This document shows, one piece after another, positions 1 through 9,037 of a stretch of DNA of 64,000 nucleotides; position 1 is the stretch's first letter, and every line of letters begins with the position of its first letter. The stretch covers positions 832,001-896,000 of the forward strand of contig OZ251997.1 of the NCBI GenBank assembly GCA_965247095.1. Reading direction: 5' to 3'. The translations under genes were made by a program, and so were the position numbers. This DNA comes from Candidatus Multivorans sp. Its GTDB lineage: Bacteria > Acidobacteriota > Thermoanaerobaculia > Multivoradales > Multivoraceae. Under the pieces are notes generated by a model, which saw nothing but the letters and a program-made list of their open reading frames with translations, was not told the origin of the DNA and did no database searches.

Positions 1-92
1 TAGGGCGTGTTGAAGGCCAGGGCCTCGTTGTAGGCCTGCGCCTCCAGCTCGGCGGCGCTCTGGACCGGTCCGAACGTGAGACGTTTCGTCAC
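1..92 (-). CDS. 5' part of a gene running off the window edge (hypothetical protein)
   Basis: Open frame from GTG at 92 (MTKRLTFGPVQSAAELEAQAYNEALAFNTP...) with GC-rich third positions, divergent from the LLM gene. Too short to identify. Confidence 0.4.
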   Translation of the reverse strand, partial: MTKRLTFGPVQSAAELEAQAYNEALAFNTP

Positions 93-136
93 GGTGCGCG
101 AGTTTACCCGTGGTGCTTCGACTACACTCCGCCGTC

Positions 137-973
137 ATGGACATCGGCATCTTCATGTTTCCCACCGGCGACTCGATCCGGCCGGACGAACTCGGCGTGG
201 AGGTCGAGGCCCGCGGCTTCGAGTCTCTGTGGTTTCCGGAGCACACGCACATCCCCACCTCGCGGCGGACGCCCTTCCCGGGCGGCGGTGAGTTGCCGCC
301 GGAGTACTCGCGCTCTCTCGATCCCTTTGTCGCGCTCACCGCGGCGGCGATGAGCACGAGCAAGATCAAGCTCGGCACCGGCATCTGCCTGATCATCGAG
401 CGCGACACGATCACCACCGCCAAGGCGGTGGCAAGCCTTGACGTGCTTTCGGGCGGCCGCTTCGTCTTCGGTATCGGCGGCGGCTGGAACCGGGAGGAGA
501 TGGAGCACCACGGCACGGACTACGACACCCGCTTCGCCAAGCTGGAGGAGCAGGTGGCCGCGTTCAAGACGATCTGGACCGAGGACGAGGCGGAGTTCCA
601 CGGCCGCCACGTCGACTTCGAGCCGATCTGGTCGTGGCCGAAGCCGGATCAGAAGCCCCACCCGCCGATCGTGCTCGGCGGCGGCACCGGCTACACCCGC
701 CAGCGGGTGGTCGATCTCTGCGACGGCTGGCTGCCGATCGGGCGCCAGGCGGAGGCCGTGCTGACGGGCATCAAGGACCTGAAGCGGCGCGCCGAGCGCG
801 CCGGCCGTGCCATGGAGACGATCCACGTAAACGTCTTCGGCGCGGTGCCGCAGCAGGACGTGCTCGACGCCTACGCCGAGGCCGGCGTCGACCGGGTCAT
901 TCTGCCGGTGCCTCCCCAGGGCAGGGACCAGACGCTGCCGCGGCTCGACCGCTACGCGGCGCTGCAGGCCTGA
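137..973 (+). CDS. LLM-class (luciferase-like, probably F420-dependent) oxidoreductase
   Basis: GFESLWFPEHTHIP, LDPFVALTAAA, LGTGICL, LDVLSGGRFVFGIGGGWNREE and PKPxQKPHPPI motifs; ATG at 137. Confidence 0.9.
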   Translation: MDIGIFMFPTGDSIRPDELGVEVEARGFESLWFPEHTHIPTSRRTPFPGGGELPPEYSRSLDPFVALTAAAMSTSKIKLGTGICLIIERDTITTAKAVASLDVLSGGRFVFGIGGGWNREEMEHHGTDYDTRFAKLEEQVAAFKTIWTEDEAEFHGRHVDFEPIWSWPKPDQKPHPPIVLGGGTGYTRQRVVDLCDGWLPIGRQAEAVLTGIKDLKRRAERAGRAMETIHVNVFGAVPQQDVLDAYAEAGVDRVILPVPPQGRDQTLPRLDRYAALQA

Positions 974-1004
974 TCGGCGGCAGGGGTCCAGGCAGGGGGC
1001 TAGT

Positions 1005-1041
1005 AGTGGCGGAGGCGCCCCTTCGGGCCGCGCCCGCCACT
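1005..1041. terminator. GC hairpin between convergent genes, possible bidirectional terminator
   Basis: AGTGGCGG...CCGCCACT arms around an inner stem with a CTTCGG loop; no strong U-tract. Confidence 0.35.
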
Positions 1042-2259
1042 TCAGTAATTGAGTTCTTCGCCTTCGGACTTGGCGATCACCGCCGCGCCGACCGAGTCGG
1101 AGGTGATGTTGACCATGGTCCGGAACATGTCGAGCGGACGGTCGACCGAGAGCATCAGGCCGGCGAGGGCGTATGCCTCAGGCGTGCTCAGGTTGATCGC
1201 CTCGAGCACGATGAAGATCATGACCAGGCCGGCCGAGGGGATCGCGGCCGCGCCGACGGAGGCCAGCAGAGCGGTGAGGACGACCAGCAACTGGGTGCTG
1301 AACGCCAGATCGGCGCCGAGGGCCTGGGCGATGAACAGGGCGCCGGCGCATTCGAACAGCGCCGTGCCGTCCATGTTGACCGTTGCGCCCATGGGCAGGA
1401 CGAAGCTGGTGACCTTGTTCGAGGCGCCGACCTTCTCCTTGACGCATTTCATCGTCATCGGCAGGGTCGCCGCGGACGAACTGGTGGAGAAGGCCATGGC
1501 CATGGCGGAAGCCATCGCACGGTAGTGGTGGAGCGGGTTCTTGCGCGTGAGCAGGAAGAACAGGAGCGGCAGCACGACCAGGAGGTGGATCGTCAACCCG
1601 GCTGCGATGGTCAGCATGTACTTGCCGACCTGGAGGAAGACCTCGGGGCCCATCTCGGCCACCGCCCGGGCGAGGAGGGCGAAGACTCCGATCGGCAACA
1701 GTTTGATGACCGCGGTGGTCAGCTTCATCATCACCTGGAAGCCGGCGTCGAAACCCTGGCGGAGCAGGTCGGCCTTGGGACCGGTCATCACGCCGAGCGC
1801 AGCGCCCAAGCAGATCGAGAAGAAGATCAGCCCGAGGATGTCGAAGTTGGCGGCCGCCCCGATTGGATTGTCCGGGATCAGTCGCTGGATGATGTCCATG
1901 AACGAACTCGGAGTCTCCAGGGTTGCGGGATCGACCGGTTCGATGTTCTCCGGCAGCTCCAGTCCGTCGCCCGGGCGTATGCTGTTTGCCAAGGTGAGGC
2001 CGACGAGAATTGCGGCGAGACTGCTCAACCCGTACCAACCGAGGGTCTTTGCCCCCAGCCGACCGATCGACTTGCCGTCGCCGATCCCGGCAACGCCATG
2101 GACGATCGAGGTGAAGATCAAGGGCACGATGACCATTCTGAGCAGCCGCATGAAGGTCTCCGCCACCCATGCGATCCAAGTCACTTCGCCGAAGACCAGC
2201 GCAAAGCACAGGCCAAGCGCCATTCCGATCAAGACCTGCCAGTGAAGAGCGAGTTTCAT
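1042..2259 (-). CDS. Dicarboxylate/amino acid:cation symporter (DAACS, GltP-like)
   Basis: FMRLLRMVIVPLIF, AFSTSSSAATLP, FVLPMGATVNMDGTAL and DRPLDMFRTMVN signatures; likely start MKLALHWQ. Confidence 0.95.
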   Translation of the reverse strand: MKLALHWQVLIGMALGLCFALVFGEVTWIAWVAETFMRLLRMVIVPLIFTSIVHGVAGIGDGKSIGRLGAKTLGWYGLSSLAAILVGLTLANSIRPGDGLELPENIEPVDPATLETPSSFMDIIQRLIPDNPIGAAANFDILGLIFFSICLGAALGVMTGPKADLLRQGFDAGFQVMMKLTTAVIKLLPIGVFALLARAVAEMGPEVFLQVGKYMLTIAAGLTIHLLVVLPLLFFLLTRKNPLHHYRAMASAMAMAFSTSSSAATLPMTMKCVKEKVGASNKVTSFVLPMGATVNMDGTALFECAGALFIAQALGADLAFSTQLLVVLTALLASVGAAAIPSAGLVMIFIVLEAINLSTPEAYALAGLMLSVDRPLDMFRTMVNITSDSVGAAVIAKSEGEELNY

Positions 2260-3478
2260 GGCTAGGCAGGGTAACACGCGGGATTTGGGGGCGCGCCGCA
2301 CTCGCGGGCGCGTACTCGGGCTCCTTGCCGCCCTCGTTCTCGCGGTGCTGGCGGCAAGCTGCGGCAGCGTCCGCTACTACTCCCAGGCGGTCTGGGGCGG
2401 CGCCGGCGTGCTGGTCAAGCGCCGGTCGATCGACCGTCTGCTGGAGCCGGGGCGCGCGGAAGTGCTCGCGGCGGCCACCCGGGAGCGGCTGCGGCTGGCA
2501 GTGGACATCCGGGACTTCGCCAGCCGGGAGCTCGCCCTGCCGGACAACAGGAGCTATCGGAGCTTCGCCGACCTGGGCCGCCCGTACGCGGTGTGGAACG
2601 TGGTCGCCGCGCCGCACTTGAGCCTGGAACCGAAGACCTGGTGCTATCCGTTTGCCGGCTGTGCCGCCTACCGCGGCTACTTCGACGAGCGCACGGCCCG
2701 GCGCTACGGCGACCGTCTGGCCGCTCAGGGCTATGACGTGCGCGTCGGCGGTGTGGCCGCGTACTCGACCCTGGGCTGGTTCGCCGATCCGGTCCTGAAC
2801 ACGTTTCTCGACTACGCCGATGCCGACCTGGCGGCTCTGATCTTCCACGAACTCGCGCACCAGGTCGCGTACGTCAAGGACGACAGCGCCTTCAACGAGT
2901 CGTTCGCGACCGCGGTCGAGGTCGCCGGCGTGCGCCGGTGGCTGCGCTCCCAGGGCCGGAGCGACGAACTGGCTGCCTTCGAGCGAGGCCGGGAGCGCCG
3001 GCGCGACCTGAACCGGTTCCTGGTGGAGGTGCGGGAGGAACTGGCGGCGATCTACCGGAGCGAGGACGGCGACGAGCGGAAGCTGGCGCTGAAGGCCGAA
3101 GGGTTCCGGTCGCTTGCCGCGCGCTATCGGCGCGAGCTGGTCCCGGTCTGGCGCGCTGCCGGTAACGGCGCCGCCGTCGGTGGCGAGTCGGATATGGGCG
3201 GATGGTTGTCGCGCCTGAACAACGCCGACCTGGTCTCGGTCGCCACCTACAACGATCTCGTGTCGGTCTTCCAGGTTCTGCTGGAGGCTTCCGGCGAGAA
3301 CTTCCCGGCCTTCTACGCCGAAGTCGAGCGCTTGGCAACGCTGGAGCCGGAGGAGCGCGAGATTGAACTCGACTCGTTGGGGCCGGACGCCCAGGTCCGC
3401 ACGCCGCGAGAACGCTCCGACCCTGGGAACGCGGGCATCCTGCCCGCATCCGGCGCGAAGCGCCGGCCGGATCGTTAG
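2258..3478 (+). CDS. Putative zinc aminopeptidase lipoprotein (DUF2265/Aminopep family)
   Basis: Lipobox-like LAASC, YSTLGWFADP, HELAH (HExxH) and FNESFAT motifs. True start may be slightly downstream. Confidence 0.85.
   Translation: MARQGNTRDLGARRTRGRVLGLLAALVLAVLAASCGSVRYYSQAVWGGAGVLVKRRSIDRLLEPGRAEVLAAATRERLRLAVDIRDFASRELALPDNRSYRSFADLGRPYAVWNVVAAPHLSLEPKTWCYPFAGCAAYRGYFDERTARRYGDRLAAQGYDVRVGGVAAYSTLGWFADPVLNTFLDYADADLAALIFHELAHQVAYVKDDSAFNESFATAVEVAGVRRWLRSQGRSDELAAFERGRERRRDLNRFLVEVREELAAIYRSEDGDERKLALKAEGFRSLAARYRRELVPVWRAAGNGAAVGGESDMGGWLSRLNNADLVSVATYNDLVSVFQVLLEASGENFPAFYAEVERLATLEPEEREIELDSLGPDAQVRTPRERSDPGNAGILPASGAKRRPDR
3421..3470. repeat. REP-like palindromic repeat inside the 3' end of the aminopeptidase gene
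   Basis: CCCTGGGAAC-GCGGGCA-TCC-TGCCCGC-AT-CCGGCGC-GAA-GCGCCGG; same unit as at 29133, 35477, 44333, 57259 and 61118. Confidence 0.85.
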
Positions 3479-4446
3479 CGATCCACCACCGCTCGCGCCC
3501 GATCCGCAAAGTCGGTGAACACGCCGTCGACGCCGAGGTCGAACAGGTAACGGCGGAGTTCCGCCTCGTGACTGTCGTCGCGGTCGGGCACCTGGTCGGC
3601 CCGGAAGGTGTAGGGATGGACGAGGAGGCCGGCGTCGTGGGCCCAGCCGATCAGTTCCGGCTGCCGCTCCAGCATCGTCTTCGCCGGTCCGATGCCGGTG
3701 GCGAAGTCGGTGATGCCGGCCATGCCCTCGGCGCTCAGGAAGGGCAGGTACTGGTCGACCTCGGCCATCAGGAACACCTGGGGCAGCTCGGAACCGAGCT
3801 CCCGCAGGCGCCGCAGGCTCTCCTCCTCGAAGCTCTGGACGAAGACCGGCGCGTCGTCTTCGAGGTAACCGTAGCGGCCGAGAACTTCGAGCAGCGCTTC
3901 CTCGATCGGCAGCCCCTCCGCGCGGTGCCAGGCCGGGGCCTTGATCTCGGGGTAGATCCCCACGGCGCGGCCGGTGCGCTCGTTCAGGCCCTGGACCAGC
4001 TCGATCATCTCGGTGAAGGCGGGCACGGCGAAGCGGCTGGCGCCCTTCGGGAACCGGCCGTCGAGGCGCTCGTCCGCCTGGAGCCGCCGGATCTCGTCGA
4101 GCGTGAAGTCGGCGGCGTACCAGCGACCGTCGTCGCGCGCGCGGTCGAGGAAGAGCTGCTCGACGTTGGTGGTCGCTTCCAGGTAGATGTCGTGGAGGCA
4201 GATGAGGTGGCCGTCCCGGGTGAGCACCAGGTCCGGCTCGACGAAGTCGGCGCCCATGCCGTGGGCGAGGGCATAGGCCGGCAGGGTGTGCTCCGGCAGG
4301 TAGCCGCTCGCGCCGCGGTGGGCGATGACGATCTTGGAGGGCGTGCTCACGGGGTCGCCTGCTGCTCCTTCATCGGCGGCCTCGACGGTGGGTACTGCCG
4401 GGACGCAGACGAGGATGCCGGCTGCGCGCAGGACTCTGGAAGCCAC
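3475..4446 (-). CDS. glpQ: Glycerophosphodiester phosphodiesterase (GlpQ-like, exported)
   Basis: IAHRGASGYLPEHTL, EPDLVLTRDG, IYPEIK, VHPYTFR and GVDGVFTDF motifs. Confidence 0.92.
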   Translation of the reverse strand: MASRVLRAAGILVCVPAVPTVEAADEGAAGDPVSTPSKIVIAHRGASGYLPEHTLPAYALAHGMGADFVEPDLVLTRDGHLICLHDIYLEATTNVEQLFLDRARDDGRWYAADFTLDEIRRLQADERLDGRFPKGASRFAVPAFTEMIELVQGLNERTGRAVGIYPEIKAPAWHRAEGLPIEEALLEVLGRYGYLEDDAPVFVQSFEEESLRRLRELGSELPQVFLMAEVDQYLPFLSAEGMAGITDFATGIGPAKTMLERQPELIGWAHDAGLLVHPYTFRADQVPDRDDSHEAELRRYLFDLGVDGVFTDFADRARAVVDR

Positions 4447-4454
4447 GTTTCGGC

Positions 4455-4976
4455 TCAGTCAACCAGCGCCCCGACGTCGACCCGGGCGTCGTTGAAGCAG
4501 GCGCCGGCGCCGACGTCGGTCAGCGTGTCCGGGGCCAGAGCGCAGGCGTTGGCGCCGGACTCGGTGCTGCGGAACCACACGCCCTTGGGCAGCAGGGCGA
4601 CGCCGGCGTCCGGGTCGGTCAGCACCCGGCCGACATGGTTCATGTTCACGATCCGGGTGCCCGGCGAGGGCTCGCGCCGGCCGACGTCGCGGAAGGCGCC
4701 GCTGTTGCTCATCGTGTAGCCGCCGGCGCGTACCTTGAACTTGCCGGCCACCGCCGGCAGCGCGAGGATCGCCGCCACCGCCGAGCCGCCGTTGCGGTTG
4801 CGCTCGACCCCCCAGCCGCAGCGGATGACCGCCGGCGACGCCGCCCGGACCTTGGCGACCCGGCCGTCCTCGACCTCGACCTCGAGCGAGCAGGAGTCGG
4901 GGCAGTCGAGCGTGCAGGCGGTGTGGTGGAGGGTGGCCTGCGGCGCCTGGGTTGGAGTCGGATCGGCGACTGTCAC
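4455..4976 (-). pseudogene. Internally deleted molybdopterin oxidoreductase (N-terminal, middle and C-terminal pieces fused in frame)
   Basis: CTLDCPDSC Fe-S motif, then RCGWGVERNRNGGSAVAAILALPAVAGKF, then C-terminal PKGVW...LTDVGAGACFNDARVDV, all in only 173 aa. Family members are several hundred aa longer. Confidence 0.8.
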
Positions 4977-4993
4977 GCGTGGAAGCGTACACG

Positions 4994-5033
4994 CCCCTGG
5001 GAACCCGGGTTGGCCGATCCGCCCCGCATCCGG
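4994..5033. repeat. Degenerate REP-like copy
   Basis: CCCCTGGGAAC...CCGCATCCGG ends match the 3421 unit; the central stem has decayed. Confidence 0.5.
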
Positions 5034-5095
5034 GTTACGATTCGCGCTCCCTGACCGGCTCCACCGCACGGCCGGCAACCACACGGACCGCACCC

Positions 5096-6232
5096 ATGAC
5101 CCTGACCCTCGATCGAGAGACCTCCAACCCACCCGCACTCGACCGCCGGGTCTTCAACTTCTCGCCGGGACCGGCGGTGCTTCCAGTACCGGTCCTGGAG
5201 GAGATTCAGCGCGACTTGCTCGCGCTTCCGGGCGCCGGCAGTTCTGTTCTGGAGATGAGTCACCGCTCGCCGGCGTTCGACGCGATCCTGGCCGAAGCGG
5301 AGGCCAACCTGCGCGAGCTGCTTGCGGTTCCGGACGACTACCAGGTGCTGTTTCTGCAGGGCGGCGCTTCGCTGCAGTTCTCGATGATCCCGATCAACCT
5401 GCTGCGCGGTCAGGACCTGCCGGCGAGCTACATCCTGACCGGCGCCTGGGGCAGCAAAGCAGCGGTCGAGGCGGCGCGCGAGGGCGAGGTCCACGTGGCC
5501 TGGGACGGCAAGGGCGACAACTTCGTTCGCGTGCCTGATGACGCGGAACTCGATCTGCCAGCGGCCTCGGCCTATCTCCACTACACGTCGAACGAGACGA
5601 TCCAGGGCGTCCAGTTCCGGCGTCCACCGGCGGTGGGCGCCGCGCCGCTCGTGTGCGATGTGTCGTCGGACTTCCTGTCGCGCCCGGTCGCCGTAGGGGA
5701 GTTCGGCCTGCTCTACGCCTCCGCCCAGAAGAACGCCGGGCCCTCGGGGCTGACTGTAGTCGTCGTCTCGGACCGGGTGCTCGAACGGTGCGGCGACGAC
5801 CTGCACTCGATGCTCAGCTACCGTCGCCACGCGGAGAAGGGGTCGCGGCTCAACACGCCGAACGTCTTCGGCGTATACGTGTTGCTCCTCGTGACGCGCT
5901 GGCTGCGTGACCAGGTCGGCGGCCTGGAGGCGGCGGCCGCCCGGGCGGCCGCGAAGAGCGCGATGATCTACGACGTGCTGGACCGGGACGGCGGGGACTT
6001 CTTCGTTGCGCACGCCGAACGCGAGAGCCGCTCCCACATGAACGTCACCTTCCGGCTGCGGCGCCCCGAGCTGAAGGAGGCGTTCGTCGCCGGCGCGGCC
6101 GAGCGGGATCTGATGTCGATCAAGGGCCACCGCTCGGTCGGCGGCTTCCGCATCTCCTCCTACAACGCGATGCCCAAGGAAGGCGTCGAGCGCCTGCGCG
6201 AGTACATGCTGGAGTTCCGCGCCGCCCACTAA
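5096..6232 (+). CDS. serC: Phosphoserine aminotransferase
   Basis: FNFSPGPAVLP, EMSHRS, LFLQGGASLQF, SNETIQG, ASAQKNAGPSG and GHRSVGGFRISSYNA motifs. Confidence 0.97.
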   Translation: MTLTLDRETSNPPALDRRVFNFSPGPAVLPVPVLEEIQRDLLALPGAGSSVLEMSHRSPAFDAILAEAEANLRELLAVPDDYQVLFLQGGASLQFSMIPINLLRGQDLPASYILTGAWGSKAAVEAAREGEVHVAWDGKGDNFVRVPDDAELDLPAASAYLHYTSNETIQGVQFRRPPAVGAAPLVCDVSSDFLSRPVAVGEFGLLYASAQKNAGPSGLTVVVVSDRVLERCGDDLHSMLSYRRHAEKGSRLNTPNVFGVYVLLLVTRWLRDQVGGLEAAAARAAAKSAMIYDVLDRDGGDFFVAHAERESRSHMNVTFRLRRPELKEAFVAGAAERDLMSIKGHRSVGGFRISSYNAMPKEGVERLREYMLEFRAAH

Positions 6233-6242
6233 GGGGGCGCTC

Positions 6243-7313
6243 CTACCGCCGACTGGTCAGCAGCGCCGCCCCCACAAGCACCAGCAACAGCAGCACGCCT
6301 CCCACCCCCAACAGGATCGGCGAGGTCTCCTTCTCGACGTTCTCCGAAACCTCCTCGTACTCCGGGTCGTCGAAGAGCGAAGAGTAGTCCTCCGCGGCTG
6401 CCGCCGCGGCCGCCATCGCCGCCTCGTCCTCGGGCTGACCCAGACCGCCCTCGGCGATGATCCGCTGCACGGTGTGGACCAGATCCCAGATCTCGTCCGT
6501 GCCGTAAGCATCCCGGTAGCCCGGCATCGCGGTGCCGTCCATGCCGAGATAGAGGCGGCTGTAGATCGCGCCGCTGCCGGCGCCGCCCTTGAAGACACCG
6601 CCTGTGATGTTGGTCGGCAGGGTGTGGTTGCCCTCGAAGTCGGGCATCGGGTCGTTGCGGAGCCGCCGGCCGTTCGGGCCATGGCAGGAGGCGCAGGCTT
6701 CCAGGTAGAGGCGCTCGCCCCGGGCGCGCCGCTCATCGTCGAACGGCGGCGCCGGTGGCGCCTCGATCGGCGGGCCGGGTGTGGTGCGCCGCGCGAACTC
6801 GGCATCGGCCTCGGTTTCGCCCAGTTCGCCGGCTGCAACCTCGGCGTCGAGTTCCTCTCGCAGCGCCTCCAGGCTGAAACTGCGCGTGTAGCGCGCCACC
6901 GCCTCGATCTCGGCGTCCGGGAGTTGTGCCCAGGCCGACATCCCGGTACCTGGCATGCCGCGCCGGATCGTGTCCTCGAGGTCCCGGTCCGAGGGGATCA
7001 GGTTTCCGGTCGTCGCCAGCTTGAAGCGGCCCGACTGGAAACTGCGCGGCCGTTCGCCGGTGGTGTAGCTGAACTTGCCGAGACCGTCGCCCTCCTCGCC
7101 GTGGCATTCCCGGCAGTACCGGAGGAAGACCTGCCGTCCGAGGTCGTCGTCGAGAACGGGCGAGTCGCCTGAGGTCGGGTCCTGAGCGCCGGTGGCCATG
7201 GCGCCGGTTGCCAGGATGAACGTGAAGATGAACGACAACGCGACCCTCGGAGGAACGCCGGATGGCCTGCAATAGACTGGTCTACAGGTCTGGTCTACCC
7301 GGGGGGACATCAT
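6243..7313 (-). CDS. Diheme c-type cytochrome with signal peptide and C-terminal membrane anchor
   Basis: Two CxxCH motifs (CRECH, CASCH), RGMPGTGMSAW and GMDGTAMP, hydrophobic C-terminus. Real start is probably downstream of 7313 (~7240). Confidence 0.85.
   Translation of the reverse strand: MMSPRVDQTCRPVYCRPSGVPPRVALSFIFTFILATGAMATGAQDPTSGDSPVLDDDLGRQVFLRYCRECHGEEGDGLGKFSYTTGERPRSFQSGRFKLATTGNLIPSDRDLEDTIRRGMPGTGMSAWAQLPDAEIEAVARYTRSFSLEALREELDAEVAAGELGETEADAEFARRTTPGPPIEAPPAPPFDDERRARGERLYLEACASCHGPNGRRLRNDPMPDFEGNHTLPTNITGGVFKGGAGSGAIYSRLYLGMDGTAMPGYRDAYGTDEIWDLVHTVQRIIAEGGLGQPEDEAAMAAAAAAAEDYSSLFDDPEYEEVSENVEKETSPILLGVGGVLLLLVLVGAALLTSRR
7273..7297 (+). promoter_or_regulatory. Putative antitoxin operator
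   Basis: TAGAC-TG-GTCTA inverted repeat and a second CTGGTCTA half-site just upstream of the antitoxin RBS and ATG. Confidence 0.55.
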
Positions 7314-7557
7314 GACGACTGTCGGATCCTACGAGGCAAAGACGCGGTTACCCGAACTCTTGCGTGCCGTGGAACAGGGCGAGGTCGTGACGATCACGCG
7401 GCGCGGCGAGCCTATCGCTCGAATCGTCGGCGTGGAGGGCGGAGTTGGCGAGGCGACAGCGGCTGTGATCGACCGGCTAGAGGCCGCGCGCTGCAGGCGT
7501 CCTTCGCTCTCGGGGGAGGAAATCCTGGCTTCCCGTGACGAGGGGCGGCGTCTCTGA
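7312..7557 (+). CDS. Type II TA antitoxin, Phd/YefM family
   Basis: MTTVGSYEAKTRLPELLRAVEQGEVVTITRRGEPIARI and C-terminal EILASRDEGRR. Confidence 0.92.
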   Translation: MTTVGSYEAKTRLPELLRAVEQGEVVTITRRGEPIARIVGVEGGVGEATAAVIDRLEAARCRRPSLSGEEILASRDEGRRL

Positions 7558-7637
7558 TGCCCTTCGTCCTCGACGCCTCGGTATTCCTCAGTGACCTGCT
7601 CCTTGTTCGCCGGCAAACTTGCCGGCAACATGGTTGA
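7557..7637 (+). pseudogene. vapC: Truncated VapC/PIN toxin (N-terminus only)
   Basis: ATG overlaps the antitoxin stop (TGATG). MPFVLDASV is a typical PIN N-terminus; it continues into unrelated sequence and stops after 26 aa. Confidence 0.75.
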
Positions 7638-7670
7638 CGACCTGAGGCCGTTTCTGTAGGGTCGGCAACC

Positions 7671-8456
7671 GTGCCGACCGAACCCATGCCCGCCGCCTCC
7701 GCGGCCGACCTCGAAAGGGCGGGATTCCGTCTCGGGGCGCGCGGAACCCACACGAGCCGGACAATCATGCTGAGGGACCTGGAAGATCTCCTTGCCTCCG
7801 TGCCCGCAGATGCGGACCGGAGGGCCTACACCGAGGCGATAGTCGAGGACAACGTGCTCGGCAAGCAGACCGCGGCGACGCGGCGCCTCAGTTTCCAGAG
7901 ACTGCGGGAGCTATACGGCCTCGACCCGCGGATTCCTCTCTTCCGGGTGCTCCGGCGCCTCTGGGACAGCGACCGCGCCGGTCGCCCGCGGCTGGCGTTG
8001 CTCGCTGCCACGGCCCGAGACCCCCTGCTGAAGGCGACGGCGCCGGTTGTGGTCCTACTGACGGCTGGCGACGAGATGATGCGCTCGGCTCTCCTGGCCC
8101 AACTCCGCGAGACCGTCGACGACCGGCTGAATGACGCGGTGCTCGACAAGGTCGCCCGCAACGCCGCCAGTTCGTGGGCCCAGGCTGGCTTTCTGCAGGG
8201 CCGGGTGCGAAAGGTCAGGTGTCGTGTCCAACCGACGCCCGGAACCGTTGCGCTGGCCCTTTGGCTCGGCTGGTTGGAGCGCTATCCGGTCGGCCGATTG
8301 CTCGATTCGCCATGGGCTCGAATCTGCGGCGGCAGTGGCCAGGAGCTGCTCCCGTTCGCTCTCAAGGCGGGCCAACTCGGCTACATCCGAGCGCGGGCCG
8401 CGGCGGGAATCGTCTCGATTGATCCGACCATCCTCGACCCCGCGGTGCGAAGATGA
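7671..8456 (+). CDS. brxA: BREX BrxA-like protein
   Basis: First gene, overlapping brxB. HTSRTIML...DNVLGKxTxxTR...RLRELYGLDP...ARDPLL pattern recalled from genes in this position; assignment is largely positional. Confidence 0.65.
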   Translation: MPTEPMPAASAADLERAGFRLGARGTHTSRTIMLRDLEDLLASVPADADRRAYTEAIVEDNVLGKQTAATRRLSFQRLRELYGLDPRIPLFRVLRRLWDSDRAGRPRLALLAATARDPLLKATAPVVVLLTAGDEMMRSALLAQLRETVDDRLNDAVLDKVARNAASSWAQAGFLQGRVRKVRCRVQPTPGTVALALWLGWLERYPVGRLLDSPWARICGGSGQELLPFALKAGQLGYIRARAAAGIVSIDPTILDPAVRR

Positions 8457-9037
8457 GTCTGAGCCGGATCGAGAAACTGACGCGCGCCTACGAGCGTCAT
8501 ATCGGGACGCCCTGGCAGCGCACGCTGGCCGGCGCCCAGAGGGTGGTCTTCGTCGTGTACGAGAAGGAGCTGGAGCGTACGCTTCGATCGCGGGTGAGGG
8601 ATTTCGCAGCGGCAACCCGCGACGCCGGGCATGGTTGGACCCTGGTCGACTGCACGTCCTGGTTCGCCGATTGGATGGCGGACGACGACTACCGCGAGGC
8701 CTACTTCGAGGATCCGTCCCTGCTCGACCTGAAGCTCGAGGGCGAGTTTCGTTCCAAGTCCGCCCAGATGCTCTGCGCGGCACTGGAAGAGGCGGGCCAC
8801 GACGACGTGGTCGCGCTGCTAGGTGTCGCTTCGCTCTACGGCTTCCTTCGCGTGTCGGATCTGATTCGTTCCGTCGAACCGGCAATCAAGGGGCGTCTCG
8901 TGGTCTTCTTCCCCGGCAGCAGGACCGAGAACAACTTCCGGCTGCTCGACGCGAGGGACGGCTGGAACTACCTGGCGCAACCCATTACCTGGCATGACGC
9001 GGTCGCCCTGCGCGACGAACGGGCGCCCCTGCGATGA
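8453..9037 (+). CDS. brxB: BREX BrxB (DUF1788)
   Basis: 194 aa; GVASLYGFLRVS, GRLVVFFPGS and LLDARDGWNYLA; directly before brxC. Confidence 0.88.
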   Translation: MSLSRIEKLTRAYERHIGTPWQRTLAGAQRVVFVVYEKELERTLRSRVRDFAAATRDAGHGWTLVDCTSWFADWMADDDYREAYFEDPSLLDLKLEGEFRSKSAQMLCAALEEAGHDDVVALLGVASLYGFLRVSDLIRSVEPAIKGRLVVFFPGSRTENNFRLLDARDGWNYLAQPITWHDAVALRDERAPLR

